Source: an uncultured Gammaproteobacteria bacterium
GTDB taxonomy: Bacteria; Patescibacteriota; Microgenomatia; Levybacterales; GWA1-39-11
Length of the DNA stretch: 64,000 bases
Reading direction: 5' to 3'
Assembly: GCA_964627245.1 (NCBI GenBank)
Contig: CAZVGS010000001.1
Span: forward strand, 89,256-153,255
The notes below the pieces were generated by a model that was not told where the DNA came from, ran no database searches, and saw only the letters and a list, made by a program, of their open reading frames with translations. Below are positions 37,226 through 47,549 of this stretch, piece by piece. Numbering within the stretch: the stretch's first letter is position 1; every line of letters starts with the position of its first letter. The translations under genes were made by a program, and so were the position numbers.

Positions 37226-37917
37226 CTCTTTTGTTTTTCTTTAACGGCTTTTTTTATTTCCTTATATGACGTTGCTGCCTCTTTCTCTTTTCTTTTTTGA
37301 AGTCTGTGCTTTATTACTTCAAATATCATCGGTAATAAAGAGACAAAAATAATTAAATAAATTGCATATTCGAAATTATCTTTCACTATTGGCAAATTTC
37401 CAAAGAAATAACCGGCAAAAACAAGACTTGTTACCCACACAAACCCACCAATGATATTGTAACTGAGAAAAACACTGTATTTCATATTCCCTATTCCAGC
37501 CACAAAGGGAGCAAATGTTCTAACAATTGGCACAAACCGTGCAATTATAATAGTTTTACCTCCGTATTTTTCATAAAACTCTTCAGTTTTCTTCAGATAT
37601 TTCCTGTTAAATATCTTTGAATTTTCATTTTTAAAAACTTTAGCACCGAGTTTGTTCCCAAACCAATAATTTGCTGTGTCTCCTAATACAGCCGCTATTA
37701 GCAAAATTACATAGGCAACCCAAATATTTAAGTGTCCTAGCCCAGCAAAAGCACCCACGATAAAAAGAAAAGAGTCTCCGGGTAAAAATGGAGTAACCAC
37801 AAAACCGGTTTCGGCGAATATCACTAGAAAAAGAATTATGTATGTCCAAACTCCAAAAATAGATATGATTTGCGTAAGATAATCACCAAGGTGCAAGAAG
37901 AGATCGATAATTTGCAT
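37222..37917 (-). CDS. DedA/SNARE-associated (VTT-domain) membrane protein
   Basis: 231 aa. FAETGFVVTPFLPGDSFLF motif, multiple TM helices, Lys-rich C-terminal tail. Confidence 0.65.
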   Translation of the reverse strand: MQIIDLFLHLGDYLTQIISIFGVWTYIILFLVIFAETGFVVTPFLPGDSFLFIVGAFAGLGHLNIWVAYVILLIAAVLGDTANYWFGNKLGAKVFKNENSKIFNRKYLKKTEEFYEKYGGKTIIIARFVPIVRTFAPFVAGIGNMKYSVFLSYNIIGGFVWVTSLVFAGYFFGNLPIVKDNFEYAIYLIIFVSLLPMIFEVIKHRLQKRKEKEAATSYKEIKKAVKEKQKS

Positions 37918-37975
37918 TGTAAAATTTTATCAAGAGTCGCTGGTAAATAGCAATCAGTTAAATTAAAATACAAAA

Positions 37976-38653
37976 ATGCACAACAAAGAAAATTTATACA
38001 TAGTTGCAACGCCGATTGGAAATCTCATGGACATAACTTTACGTGCCTTAGAAATCTTAAAAGAGGTCGGCACAATTGTCTGCGAAGACACTAGGGTGAC
38101 TTCAATACTCCTGAATAAGTACGGAATTAAAAAACCGCTTGTCCCGCTTAATGAATACAACGAAGAACAGACAGTTTATTCCATTCTTGCAAAACTTGAG
38201 ACTGAAAGCGTAGCACTGGTAAGTGATGCCGGAACACCGCTTATATCAGATCCAGGATTTAGACTTGTTTCAATGGCCAAAAAGAAGGGATTTAAGGTAA
38301 TACCAATACCCGGCCCCTCAGCACTTATTGCCTCGCTTAGCGCATCAGCACTTCCTACAGATAAATTTATTTTCTTAGGTTTTTTGCCAAAAACTCCTTC
38401 AAAAGCAGAAAGCGTACTTATGTCAGTCAAGAATCTTGGCATGACTGTTATTATCTACGAATCTCCGCATAGAATTCTTCAGACCTTAAAAGTCATTCAG
38501 GAGATTTTTGGAGACATAGAAATAACACTTGCGAGGGAGCTGACAAAAAAATTTGAAGAGATAAAAAACCTTAAGGTATCTCAACACTTACTAGAGTATG
38601 TATCCAAAAATCCGAAGGGAGAATTTACTATACTTTTTTCCTCCAAACCCTAG
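37976..38653 (+). CDS. rsmI: 16S rRNA (cytidine1402-2'-O)-methyltransferase RsmI (tetrapyrrole-methylase fold)
   Basis: LYIVATPIGNLMDITLRALEILKEVGTIVCEDTR matches the RsmI N-terminus. 225 aa. Confidence 0.75.
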   Translation: MHNKENLYIVATPIGNLMDITLRALEILKEVGTIVCEDTRVTSILLNKYGIKKPLVPLNEYNEEQTVYSILAKLETESVALVSDAGTPLISDPGFRLVSMAKKKGFKVIPIPGPSALIASLSASALPTDKFIFLGFLPKTPSKAESVLMSVKNLGMTVIIYESPHRILQTLKVIQEIFGDIEITLARELTKKFEEIKNLKVSQHLLEYVSKNPKGEFTILFSSKP

Positions 38654-39915
38654 ACAAATTTTCCCTGAGATAACTCCATAGAGATTGCGGAAAGCCTATT
38701 GTATTTTGCAATTCTTTCACGGGCCGGAGCTCCGAATTTAACATAGTCTGCATCAATTGCCGCCGCAAAATCAACAATAAAATCATCATCTGTTTCCCCG
38801 CTTCTGCCACTTACGATTATCTTTAACTGCTTAAACCTTGCGATTTCGGCAACTGCCAATGCTTCACTTACTGTCCCTATTTGATTTGGCTTTATCACGA
38901 TAGCATTCAAAATATTACTATTAAGTGCTGCCTGAAGTCTATAAGGATTTGTACTAGTCACTTCATCTCCTGAAACCAATACTTTTGAAGAAAATGCAGT
39001 GTACATTTTTTTCCAGCCGTCCCAATCGTCTTCAGCAAATGGATCCTCAAAATAAACCAACGAAAATTCATTCTGTAAATCCTGATAAATTTGTATCAGA
39101 TCATCTTGATCCAATTGACCATTCTTGTCTTTGATAACATATTTTTTGTTGGAAAGAATTGAATTTGCGCCAACATCTAGGCCCAAAAATACGTCTTTAA
39201 GAAATCCGAATTTGGATTGCTCAATAACTGTCTTAAGCATTTTCAAGGCATCCGCATTTGAAGCAAAAGAGGGAGCAAACCCTCCCTCATCCGCTACAAG
39301 AACCGACTGATTATTGTCGATCAAAAATGACCTTGTCTTTTTGTATATCGTAACCCCTATCTCCAATGCTTCGGAAAGCGTATGAGAAGTAGCAGGAATT
39401 ACCAAAAACTCCTGAAAATTTAGTGTATTTTCAGCATGTTTCCCTCCTTCAACGATATTAAACATTGGAGTCGGTATTTTATGCCTTGCGGAAGCTAGCG
39501 ATATAAACTGTCTTATATGAAGAACTAACGGAAGAAGCGAACTTTTTGCAGCTGCTTTGCAAACGGCTTGGGATATTGGAAGGATTGCGTTACTCCCCAA
39601 TTTTACTTTATTCTGTGTTCCATCAAGCTCTATCAATGCCTTGTCGATACTCTGCTGTTCATGCGCCTCCATGCCAACTATTTTAGGAGCAATAATTGTA
39701 TTAATATTATCAATTGCGCGCATAACCCCAAGTCCAAAATATCTTTCCGGATCTGCGTCTCTTAAGGGTTGAGCCTCATATGTTCCCTGGGATGCACCGG
39801 TTGGAACGCTTGAAGAAGCAACAGTCCCGTCATCGAGCGATACTATTGCCTCGACGGTAGGGTTACCTTTTGTATCAAGAATTTCTCTTGCTGTTATTTG
39901 TTCAATTTTTGCCAT
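38650..39915 (-). CDS. eno: Enolase (phosphopyruvate hydratase)
   Basis: IEQITAREILDTKGNPTVEA...SVPTGASQGTYEA and conserved enolase blocks throughout. 421 aa. Confidence 0.9.
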   Translation of the reverse strand: MAKIEQITAREILDTKGNPTVEAIVSLDDGTVASSSVPTGASQGTYEAQPLRDADPERYFGLGVMRAIDNINTIIAPKIVGMEAHEQQSIDKALIELDGTQNKVKLGSNAILPISQAVCKAAAKSSLLPLVLHIRQFISLASARHKIPTPMFNIVEGGKHAENTLNFQEFLVIPATSHTLSEALEIGVTIYKKTRSFLIDNNQSVLVADEGGFAPSFASNADALKMLKTVIEQSKFGFLKDVFLGLDVGANSILSNKKYVIKDKNGQLDQDDLIQIYQDLQNEFSLVYFEDPFAEDDWDGWKKMYTAFSSKVLVSGDEVTSTNPYRLQAALNSNILNAIVIKPNQIGTVSEALAVAEIARFKQLKIIVSGRSGETDDDFIVDFAAAIDADYVKFGAPARERIAKYNRLSAISMELSQGKFV

Positions 39916-39916
39916 T

Positions 39917-41095
39917 TTATGAAACGAGCATGCTGCCTCTTTTTATCTCTCCGGTTGTAGCGTTTAGACTGACCACGTCCCCTGTTGAGTAAAGCAGAGG
40001 TTTTTTATTTTTTCTTACTAGAGTTGGAATTCCGGCATTTTTCAACACGTCTGCTACTTCGGGCTCGGGTTCCTCACCCAAAACAATTCCCTTTGCCCTC
40101 TTTACTGTTTCGATCATTTTCCTGTCAAGTCTTTGTAAAACAACAATTTCATCACTGAGAATAACTCCTGAATGCTTTACCTCATCGATAACCTTGAGTT
40201 TTCCGACGGTTACCCCAGGATGAACGGTGATGTTCTCGATCAAAGAATTAAATGTATCTTTATAGTCTATCAGGTCACTATTTGCCAAGATTTTTGTTAC
40301 AAAAAAATTGTTCTCAAATTTTTCCCAAAATGCCGTATGGGGGTGATAAAATACCTCTTCTACCTTTTTTGCAGTATCAAGAAGCAATTTTATTTCGGAG
40401 GGCGTTAACGCGTCCTTAATTCCCCCAGGCAGTACTTCGCCTTTTTCAATTTTTCCGGAATGCTTATTGAAAGAAAATTTTACCATCGAATAAGCCTCAA
40501 TTTCATATTCATGCTTAGATAAAATCTTCACATGCCCCGAAAGAGTGTAATTAAACACAGGGAAAATGGCGATAACAACTCTGAACTCATGGTGATTTTG
40601 ATGATGTATTTTGTATGAAGCTAAATTCTTGACCGTAAATAAATCACTCCAGGCCTCTCTTACTTTTTCAACTACTGAAGCGTCCCCCTTCAAATCATTA
40701 AATTCTGCCGCTGAAATAAGTTTCTTTCCTTCATAATAATACGCCTTCAAAGAGATGCTCCTGTCTTCAAATGCCTCAAGTTTTTTATACATAGGCTTGT
40801 ATACTTCTTCAGGAATTTTTGATTTTAGAATAAGCTTTCGTATGTGATTTGAAATTTGCGAAACTGAATCGTGCCTATCGTGGTTGATTGATCCTAAAAG
40901 ATGCTTTATTTGCTCGTTGATATTATTAACTTCCTTAAAATAGATAAAAGAACTTGCAGTAACTACAAGGCGGGGCAAACATTCAATATTATTTCTCAAC
41001 AGTTCTCCAAATCCAGCCAACTCTTCACCGACTTCGTCTTTGTCATTAAATGACAGTTCTTTATCCCACACTACATAATCTCCGGGCAGAAGCAT
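39917..41095 (-). CDS. Hypothetical protein with weak resemblance to PEP-utilising enzyme modules
   Basis: 392 aa. The N-terminal segment resembles the PPDK/PEP-synthase nucleotide-binding region. No clear catalytic His motif, so low confidence. Confidence 0.3.
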   Translation of the reverse strand: MLLPGDYVVWDKELSFNDKDEVGEELAGFGELLRNNIECLPRLVVTASSFIYFKEVNNINEQIKHLLGSINHDRHDSVSQISNHIRKLILKSKIPEEVYKPMYKKLEAFEDRSISLKAYYYEGKKLISAAEFNDLKGDASVVEKVREAWSDLFTVKNLASYKIHHQNHHEFRVVIAIFPVFNYTLSGHVKILSKHEYEIEAYSMVKFSFNKHSGKIEKGEVLPGGIKDALTPSEIKLLLDTAKKVEEVFYHPHTAFWEKFENNFFVTKILANSDLIDYKDTFNSLIENITVHPGVTVGKLKVIDEVKHSGVILSDEIVVLQRLDRKMIETVKRAKGIVLGEEPEPEVADVLKNAGIPTLVRKNKKPLLYSTGDVVSLNATTGEIKRGSMLVS

Positions 41096-41159
41096 ATAGT
41101 TCTATTGTGGAGAATTTACAAGAAAAAAGCAAGAACAGATGAGGCTACATAACAGTGGT

Positions 41160-42092
41160 TTATGTTTGTGATTCAGATCCGGGAACTATGAGATCAAAGG
41201 ACTTCGTATCCGATCCATAAGCCTTAGGACCATAATCGCTAACATAATTTCCAATATTGTCTCTGAAATATTGCGGCTTCGATGCTTGGATTTTTCCTAC
41301 TATATAGTAGGTCATAGCCATCATGCCCGCAAAATTGATGTTCCCGCTTGGGAAAATATCCCAACGGCTCTGGGTTTCCCCAAAGAAGTCATTTTTACTG
41401 CCAATTGAAATTACAAGCTCATCTTTATCTCTTATAACAAATTTTGCATGTCTTGCATGTCCCTGGCTGAAAGCCCTTAAGGACAATTTTGGACCAAATA
41501 ACTCACTTTTTTTAATCTCTAGCATCGGGCAGATAGGCATAAATTTGTCAGGCAATACAAAAGCATATGAACTATAACTGCCGAAATTCTCAGGAAAACC
41601 AAGCGCTAGAACTTCTTCTTTAATCCCAGTAGGGTTTTCTTTTGTTGATGCCATAATCATGCCCATATATGTAGAAGTGTTATATGTGTATGGTTCTGCT
41701 ATTGATTTGAATACGTATACCTTATCCGCAATTTTAGCAGCATCTGACTCTCCTTTTGTAGTTAAGAGAGATGTTGTAAGCCCATGCTTCTTCGCAAGCT
41801 CAATCTCCCAGACCGAATCTTTGCCTCCTGAAGCTGAGATAACAACAGCTTGGGTTATCATTTTGTTTTCAATTGCTTTTTCATAAGAGACAATAATTTT
41901 TTTGAAATTGCTTTCATCGGCAAATATTGCAGAGCTTTCAGAAAAAAGGATAAGTCCGGTATTGTAAGCGTTGCCTGAACCGACAACAAACGGCAAATTA
42001 TAGTCAGACACTTCGAATGGAGGTGGGGTATTACCTGCAAAAAAATCTAGTGCCTTGATTACAACTTCATCTAAATTTAATATATTATCCAT
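41160..42092 (-). CDS. PP-loop superfamily ATP pyrophosphatase-like protein
   Basis: 310 aa with SASGGKDS (SGGxDS PP-loop) at about residue 87. Confidence 0.4.
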   Translation of the reverse strand: MDNILNLDEVVIKALDFFAGNTPPPFEVSDYNLPFVVGSGNAYNTGLILFSESSAIFADESNFKKIIVSYEKAIENKMITQAVVISASGGKDSVWEIELAKKHGLTTSLLTTKGESDAAKIADKVYVFKSIAEPYTYNTSTYMGMIMASTKENPTGIKEEVLALGFPENFGSYSSYAFVLPDKFMPICPMLEIKKSELFGPKLSLRAFSQGHARHAKFVIRDKDELVISIGSKNDFFGETQSRWDIFPSGNINFAGMMAMTYYIVGKIQASKPQYFRDNIGNYVSDYGPKAYGSDTKSFDLIVPGSESQT

Positions 42093-42094
42093 AA

Positions 42095-42934
42095 TTAGTC
42101 ATCCCCCAAATACTTACTTCTCTCAGCCCTTCTTACCTCATCTGTCTGATCACCTCTAGCGTATTTATCGTGAATTCTCCATGTGGTACTTCCATCCTCT
42201 GGTGTCGATACTTCATATACATCCATCTTGGATACCCCTTTATGCCTATGTCTTTGTCCAACTTTAGTAGTATATCCCTTATCATACTCTAACGGAAATT
42301 CAACAAGCTCCCTCTTCTGATTTTCCATAACCATCATGCAGCTGCCGTATGACATATAGTAGCTTTCAACTTTTACTGCGTGCGCCTGGAGTGAAAGCCA
42401 ACCGTCTTGCTCGATATGAAGTATCTTCATTGCTATCGGATCTCCTTCAGATTTTTTAGAGAATATAGGCTCATTACCCCATGGCTTGCTATAATCAACA
42501 GCTACAAATGGTTCGGCGGTAAATTTCCCGCTTTCAACTTTTTGACTTGGATTTTTTTCACTTCCCTCAATAATACGTGTTTTACCTTCTGTCTCAATGC
42601 CGTAGTTTTGCCCTGATTGAATTCTAAAACCGACAGCATATTCCATAGGCAGTCTTTGCATCACTCCATTTGCGTCTTCAAGAATAATTGTTCCTTTCCC
42701 ATCCCGAAGCGTTAGGATGCGGAATCTATCGCTCACATTAACCGGAATACTCCTTCCTTCATCGATTTGAAGTTCCTTTCCTAAATAATTAACGCTTTCA
42801 GGAGTCCAGGTAACGATTTTACCCCATTCAATTGCGTCTTCATGGCGATAGGGATCATTCGTAAAAGTAGAAGGATCATACTCATTCTTGTGATTTTCGT
42901 AGTCGGATAATGATTGCGCGGTCTTAGGATCCAT
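42095..42934 (-). CDS. Cupin-domain protein, mannose-6-phosphate isomerase (ManC C-terminal)-like; paralogue A
   Basis: 279 aa. KPWGNEPIF...KILHIEQDGWLSLQAHAVKVESYY cupin motif. Shares NDRFRIL, LEYDKGYTT.VGQRHR, STPE.G.TWR..D.Y.R.D.TDE with the neighbouring gene. Confidence 0.5.
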   Translation of the reverse strand: MDPKTAQSLSDYENHKNEYDPSTFTNDPYRHEDAIEWGKIVTWTPESVNYLGKELQIDEGRSIPVNVSDRFRILTLRDGKGTIILEDANGVMQRLPMEYAVGFRIQSGQNYGIETEGKTRIIEGSEKNPSQKVESGKFTAEPFVAVDYSKPWGNEPIFSKKSEGDPIAMKILHIEQDGWLSLQAHAVKVESYYMSYGSCMMVMENQKRELVEFPLEYDKGYTTKVGQRHRHKGVSKMDVYEVSTPEDGSTTWRIHDKYARGDQTDEVRRAERSKYLGDD

Positions 42935-42938
42935 ACCT

Positions 42939-43775
42939 CTAAAAACTCTGCCCTCTCTCTAATTTTCTTTGTTCATCTGTTTCATCCGGTCTTTCATAAT
43001 CATCCTGAACCCTCCATGTCTTGCCGTGCTCGGGTGTACTTACCTCAAAAACAGCACAATCAGTCATTCCCTGCTGTCTATGCCTTTGACCGACCGCAGT
43101 TGTATAACCTTTATCGTACTCCAAATTAAATGTAACCATTTGCCTGTCCGAATTCTCAGCTATCACATCGCACTGCCCATCAAGTATCCAATAGCTCTCT
43201 CTTTTTACTCTATGCGCCTTTTCGGATAGTCTGTCACCGGCGTTTATATGCAAGATCTTTACCATCAAAGGATCATCCTCTTTAGCAAAGTGAAGTTCGT
43301 GTCCCCAGGGTTTTCCTATACGCAAAACGTATTCCTCCGACTGGAAGTGATTGCGGTGCACCTCTCCATCCCAAGCCTCAGACATGGTACCCTCTAAAAT
43401 TCTGCTCACTACATGTGCCTCTATACTAAACCTTTGACCCTTGTGAAGTCTGTACCCAAGACCGGTCTCCATTTGTTCCTCAACAATATTTCCCTGCGGG
43501 TCTTCCATTCGAAGCGTTGCACGGCCGTCACGGAAAACAAGTATTCTAAATCTGTCATTTATCTGCTCGTCCATTTTCCCTCCTTCGTTAAACCTCAACT
43601 CAGAACCAATATACGGAAGCCCTTCGGGAGTAAAAAGATGTCTTTCTCCCCACGGGGCTGTTTCAACTTTTACAAAAGGGGTAACTGAAAAAGTTGAAGG
43701 ATCAAAATACCTTGCAGCATCCTGATAATTCAAGTTGTTAATGTCTATCTCTTCTTTTGTAGAATCCATGTTCAA
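42939..43775 (-). CDS. Cupin-domain protein, mannose-6-phosphate isomerase-like; paralogue B (tandem duplicate)
   Basis: 278 aa, collinear with the 42095..42934 ORF (KPWGHELHF...KILHINAGDRLSEKAHRVKRESYW). Confidence 0.5.
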   Translation of the reverse strand: MNMDSTKEEIDINNLNYQDAARYFDPSTFSVTPFVKVETAPWGERHLFTPEGLPYIGSELRFNEGGKMDEQINDRFRILVFRDGRATLRMEDPQGNIVEEQMETGLGYRLHKGQRFSIEAHVVSRILEGTMSEAWDGEVHRNHFQSEEYVLRIGKPWGHELHFAKEDDPLMVKILHINAGDRLSEKAHRVKRESYWILDGQCDVIAENSDRQMVTFNLEYDKGYTTAVGQRHRQQGMTDCAVFEVSTPEHGKTWRVQDDYERPDETDEQRKLERGQSF

Positions 43776-43851
43776 AATACGTCCACTCTTATCGTTGCAA
43801 GAATATCCTCAATTTTTTTTGGTTAAGAATTTTTCTGATCTCAGCCATGAG

Positions 43852-45234
43852 TTATTTAATAAGTGACTCTATGAGAGCTTTTAATTTATCTCTTTTTGCT
43901 TCCATCTCATTTTTATCAAAAGACTCAACATTTAACCTTAGAAGCGGCTCCGTATTTGACGTTCTGACAGACATTCTCCATGTCGGGTAAGAAATTGCGA
44001 CTCCATCCATTGTTTCAATCTCGCCGTCTGAATATTTCTCCTTCAGTGCATCAAGAATTTCCGGCGCATTTGTAACCTTAAAGTTAAATTCACCCGACTC
44101 AAAACTTCTTCTATTTTCCTCAACTATCTCAGAAAGCGGCCGCGCTTCTTCAGTCATGACCTGTAGAACGGTCAAAATCATAGGCATTTGACTTTCTGCG
44201 TTTCCTGTATTTCTAAAAAAGTAATGGCCTGAGGATTCGCCTGCAAAAATACCACCCGAATCATTCAATCCTTCAGTAATGTAAGCGTGTCCGACTTTGG
44301 TAACCATCATTTTTCCGCCATTCTCCTCAATGATTTTTTTAGGGGTAAGAAGGTACCTAATATCAACCAGTATCTGCTCACCCGGATTTTCCTTAAGAAG
44401 CTCTTTTGCAACTATTGAGGTAATTATTGTAGGAGGAATTATCTGGCCCTTTTCATCTATAAAAAATAGCCTGTCCCCATCCCCATCCGGCGCAAGACCA
44501 AGATCGGCATTTTCTTCTATAACTTTTTTCTGAAGATCAACCAGAGTCTCAGATTGCAACGGATCAGGCTGGTGCGCAGGGAAATTTCCATCTAAATCAA
44601 AGTTCATCTTGACTAAATCTGCATCAACTTTAGAAAAAATTGCGCCTATGTATTGTGCTCCCATAGCATTTGCGGTATCGGCAACAATCTTAAATTTATT
44701 AAAATTCGGATTACCTACAATTTTTAAGGCATTTTCCACTTCCTCCTCTAAGAAACCGTCCTTCTTGTCAACTTTTCCTCCTTCTTTTTCAGGCAAACTC
44801 TCTCCGGAAAGGGCCATCTTCTTTATTTCTTCCAGGCCTTGAGATCTTCCAATTTTCAACAGCCCTTTGGGACTGTTTTTTACGATTTTAATACCGTTCC
44901 ATTCTTTAGGATTGTGTGATGCCGTAACCTGAAAGCCCGCTTCGTATCCATAGTGACTGACACAAAAATAAAAGGTGGGAGTTGAGACAACCCCGATATC
45001 AATCACATGCGCTCCTAAAGAAACTAGTGTTTTAATAGCTGCTTCTGTTAATGACGGTGAGGATGTGCGCATATCCGTACCGACAACCAATTTTAACGGC
45101 TCGTTTTCGTCTTTTCCTTCGTGTAAAAATTTATAAATTGCCTTAACAATCGGAACTATTTTTTCTTCGTCCATCTCGTCCGGATATATTGCGCGGATAT
45201 CGTAACCTTTGAAGATGTGTTCGGGTATATTCAT
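43852..45234 (-). CDS. Phosphomannomutase/phosphoglucomutase (alpha-D-phosphohexomutase)
   Basis: 460 aa. Active-site TASHNP (phosphoserine loop), Mg loop DGDGDR, sugar-binding GESSGH. Confidence 0.8.
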   Translation of the reverse strand: MNIPEHIFKGYDIRAIYPDEMDEEKIVPIVKAIYKFLHEGKDENEPLKLVVGTDMRTSSPSLTEAAIKTLVSLGAHVIDIGVVSTPTFYFCVSHYGYEAGFQVTASHNPKEWNGIKIVKNSPKGLLKIGRSQGLEEIKKMALSGESLPEKEGGKVDKKDGFLEEEVENALKIVGNPNFNKFKIVADTANAMGAQYIGAIFSKVDADLVKMNFDLDGNFPAHQPDPLQSETLVDLQKKVIEENADLGLAPDGDGDRLFFIDEKGQIIPPTIITSIVAKELLKENPGEQILVDIRYLLTPKKIIEENGGKMMVTKVGHAYITEGLNDSGGIFAGESSGHYFFRNTGNAESQMPMILTVLQVMTEEARPLSEIVEENRRSFESGEFNFKVTNAPEILDALKEKYSDGEIETMDGVAISYPTWRMSVRTSNTEPLLRLNVESFDKNEMEAKRDKLKALIESLIK

Positions 45235-45242
45235 TCGGTAGA

Positions 45243-45920
45243 TTATGTTAACTTTGAAAGTATTAAGATGTCAAGATGCTTTGATAAACTGGTTGGTAAA
45301 GCCCCGGTCTTGAGTTTGATTTCCGTCTGCTTGAGCGCTTCGTAGAATGAAAAGAGACTTTCTTTCTTCCACATCTGAATTTGTCTTTTAAGATTTGATA
45401 GCTGCCATGGGGACATTTTTTCGGTTTCCTCGGTTCTTTCGCCTTTTGAGATCACAACCAGCTGTCTTACTCTTTTAAGTAGTGAATAGAAAACCTGCTC
45501 CGGTGCGTAGCTTTGTAAAAGCTCATGGTAAAGCTTAAAAGATTCTTTTTTACTTCTTGGGGAAAGTGTATCCAAAAATCTAAAATAATAGCTTGGAAGT
45601 AAAAATTCCTCAATTTTTGCGTTCTTAAGGGACGAAAAGCTGGTTTTTAATGCTTTTTTATCCTCCCATAAAATAATTGGAAATGTGGATTTTTCTGTAC
45701 TTAAATAGGAAAGGATTTCTTTTTTTTTCGGATTTTTAGTAATGTTTTCGACAACAACTGCCTTGTTCTCTTCAAAAAGCCCTGATGATAAAATGCTTTC
45801 CTCAAGTTCTTTTAACTGTAAATATTTACCGTCAAAAGTATTTGTGATCAATCCTTCACAAAGCGCAATCAAACGTTTGCGTGAGCTGGTTGTGTCGTCT
45901 CCATGCAGTATATAAATCAT
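45243..45920 (-). CDS. Hypothetical protein, possibly a DNA polymerase III delta (HolA)-like N-terminal domain
   Basis: 225 aa. The MIYILHGDD N-terminus resembles HolA, but the protein is short. Confidence 0.25.
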   Translation of the reverse strand: MIYILHGDDTTSSRKRLIALCEGLITNTFDGKYLQLKELEESILSSGLFEENKAVVVENITKNPKKKEILSYLSTEKSTFPIILWEDKKALKTSFSSLKNAKIEEFLLPSYYFRFLDTLSPRSKKESFKLYHELLQSYAPEQVFYSLLKRVRQLVVISKGERTEETEKMSPWQLSNLKRQIQMWKKESLFSFYEALKQTEIKLKTGALPTSLSKHLDILILSKLT

Positions 45921-46360
45921 AATTTTGCCGAATTTTTATATCTATCAAACAATGTATTAACCTCCCTGTCAATTCTTGTGTTTCCGTACTTATGGGGAAG
46001 AAGACTCCCGGAAAAGTTTTTCGGTATGTGTAAAAGCTCATGAATAATAACTTTTTTTCTGTCTTCATGATTTAGCCTGTCAAATTTTTCAGATATTATT
46101 TCCATGACATAAGCGGGATCTATCTCAAGCGCTGTCTGGAAGATCTTTGGAAATGACCAGATCCTGGCGTAAGCCCGGGCTTTTGAACCGGTAGTCCTGT
46201 AGCAAAAAACCCTCTTTGAATCTATATGAGACATATCAAGAGCGTCTATTATTTCTTCCATCTCCTTTTGAATTGCATGATCAACCTCCCATTCGAGCTT
46301 AACCGTTTTTTTTCTTTTAATAACTTTCTTTTTGGGTTTTGATGTAAAGAAAAATGTCAT
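45917..46360 (-). CDS. SprT/YgjP-like zinc metallopeptidase-fold protein
   Basis: 147 aa with IIHELLHI (HExxH) followed by a conserved His. Confidence 0.4.
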   Translation of the reverse strand: MTFFFTSKPKKKVIKRKKTVKLEWEVDHAIQKEMEEIIDALDMSHIDSKRVFCYRTTGSKARAYARIWSFPKIFQTALEIDPAYVMEIISEKFDRLNHEDRKKVIIHELLHIPKNFSGSLLPHKYGNTRIDREVNTLFDRYKNSAKL

Positions 46361-46361
46361 C

Positions 46362-47507
46362 TTAAAAGAACAGCTTAACGAATTCTACTACAACAATTTT
46401 TGATATGTCAGTATCATTCCTATTGCTTTCGAGTAATTTCCTAAATTCTGATATCTTTTCAACGGCTGCCCCTTTAACGGCCTCAAGAAGAGGCTGGCCT
46501 TTCTTCTTTTCCATCTTTTGACTTTGTTCATAATATTTTGTCTGCCTGCCATCCTTCACAAATGAAAATGTGTCAAACACTCCTCCCTGGGAACTCAAAA
46601 GAAAAGGGGTAATTGCAACGATTTTGTCACTGTCGTTATTCCAAAAATTCTCATAAGCAATTTTATAGTAATTGGCTATTAGACTTTCAGGGAGCTTGGT
46701 GCTGTCCCATCCGGTCTCCGTAATAAAGGCGGGTTTTTTACCATTTGTGTGCGAGTTTATGAGGTTGTATTCGAATTGATACGTTGTTATTCCGACTGGC
46801 TTATTTTTTAAGGGAGGCGCTACAAACCCGGGATTAGGATATGAATGAGAAGCAAAACCGTCAATTTTGTTAAAAATTTCCGGATTATACTCAACCATTT
46901 CTTCCAGAAAAACCATATTATCCATATACTTCACCCTGTCATTTGGCGACGCATTATCAAGCCCCGCCATGATCATGTAGAAATTTGTATTTCTATTTTT
47001 AAATATCTCTACTGCATAAGAAAGGATGTCAGCATATTCTTTCGGATTTGGAGGCTCACCGGACCATTCATCAAACCTGTTTACTTCGTTGAAAAGTATC
47101 ACATACCTATTCTCAACCGGCCACGAAAGACTATCTAAAAAATTGGCAAAGTCCAAAACATCAAGCGTTGTGGGCTTAGACCAAACCGAGGTATTTTGAT
47201 AATCCGCTTGAGTTGCAAGCCTAATAATCGGTATCAACTTATAAGTCTTACAATCGTTCATGAATTTTTGCCATTTCTCAAGATCTTTGTCTCCTGCCTG
47301 AATGGGAATCGTTACATAACCCCATTCGCCTGTTTTGGAATTAACAAGATTTGCGGCATCAGAAAGCTCGGAAGGAAATAAAATGTGAATGCCGTGGAAA
47401 TTATTCGGACGCGACAAAGGATCAAAAAAAGCTCTTGAGTAATTCTTAGGGTAAAAAAGAAAAAGAATTAGTAAAAATAACCATACAAAAAAAACTATTT
47501 TTCTCAT
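46362..47507 (-). CDS. Secreted glycoside hydrolase, clan GH-A (GH5-like TIM barrel)
   Basis: 381 aa. N-terminal signal/anchor; ILFNEVN (NE acid/base motif) and FITETGW (nucleophile motif). Confidence 0.45.
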   Translation of the reverse strand: MRKIVFFVWLFLLILFLFYPKNYSRAFFDPLSRPNNFHGIHILFPSELSDAANLVNSKTGEWGYVTIPIQAGDKDLEKWQKFMNDCKTYKLIPIIRLATQADYQNTSVWSKPTTLDVLDFANFLDSLSWPVENRYVILFNEVNRFDEWSGEPPNPKEYADILSYAVEIFKNRNTNFYMIMAGLDNASPNDRVKYMDNMVFLEEMVEYNPEIFNKIDGFASHSYPNPGFVAPPLKNKPVGITTYQFEYNLINSHTNGKKPAFITETGWDSTKLPESLIANYYKIAYENFWNNDSDKIVAITPFLLSSQGGVFDTFSFVKDGRQTKYYEQSQKMEKKKGQPLLEAVKGAAVEKISEFRKLLESNRNDTDISKIVVVEFVKLFF

Positions 47508-47549
47508 CGTGAATAATCATAAAGGAATTGAGGCTTGAGGTCAAACGTA

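Noticed and set aside
39917-41095. Calling the 39917..41095 ORF a PEP synthase / pyruvate phosphate dikinase
   Set aside because: Only loose resemblance to the nucleotide-binding and mobile domains. The catalytic His motif (GG.TSHAAI) is absent and the protein is less than half the expected length.
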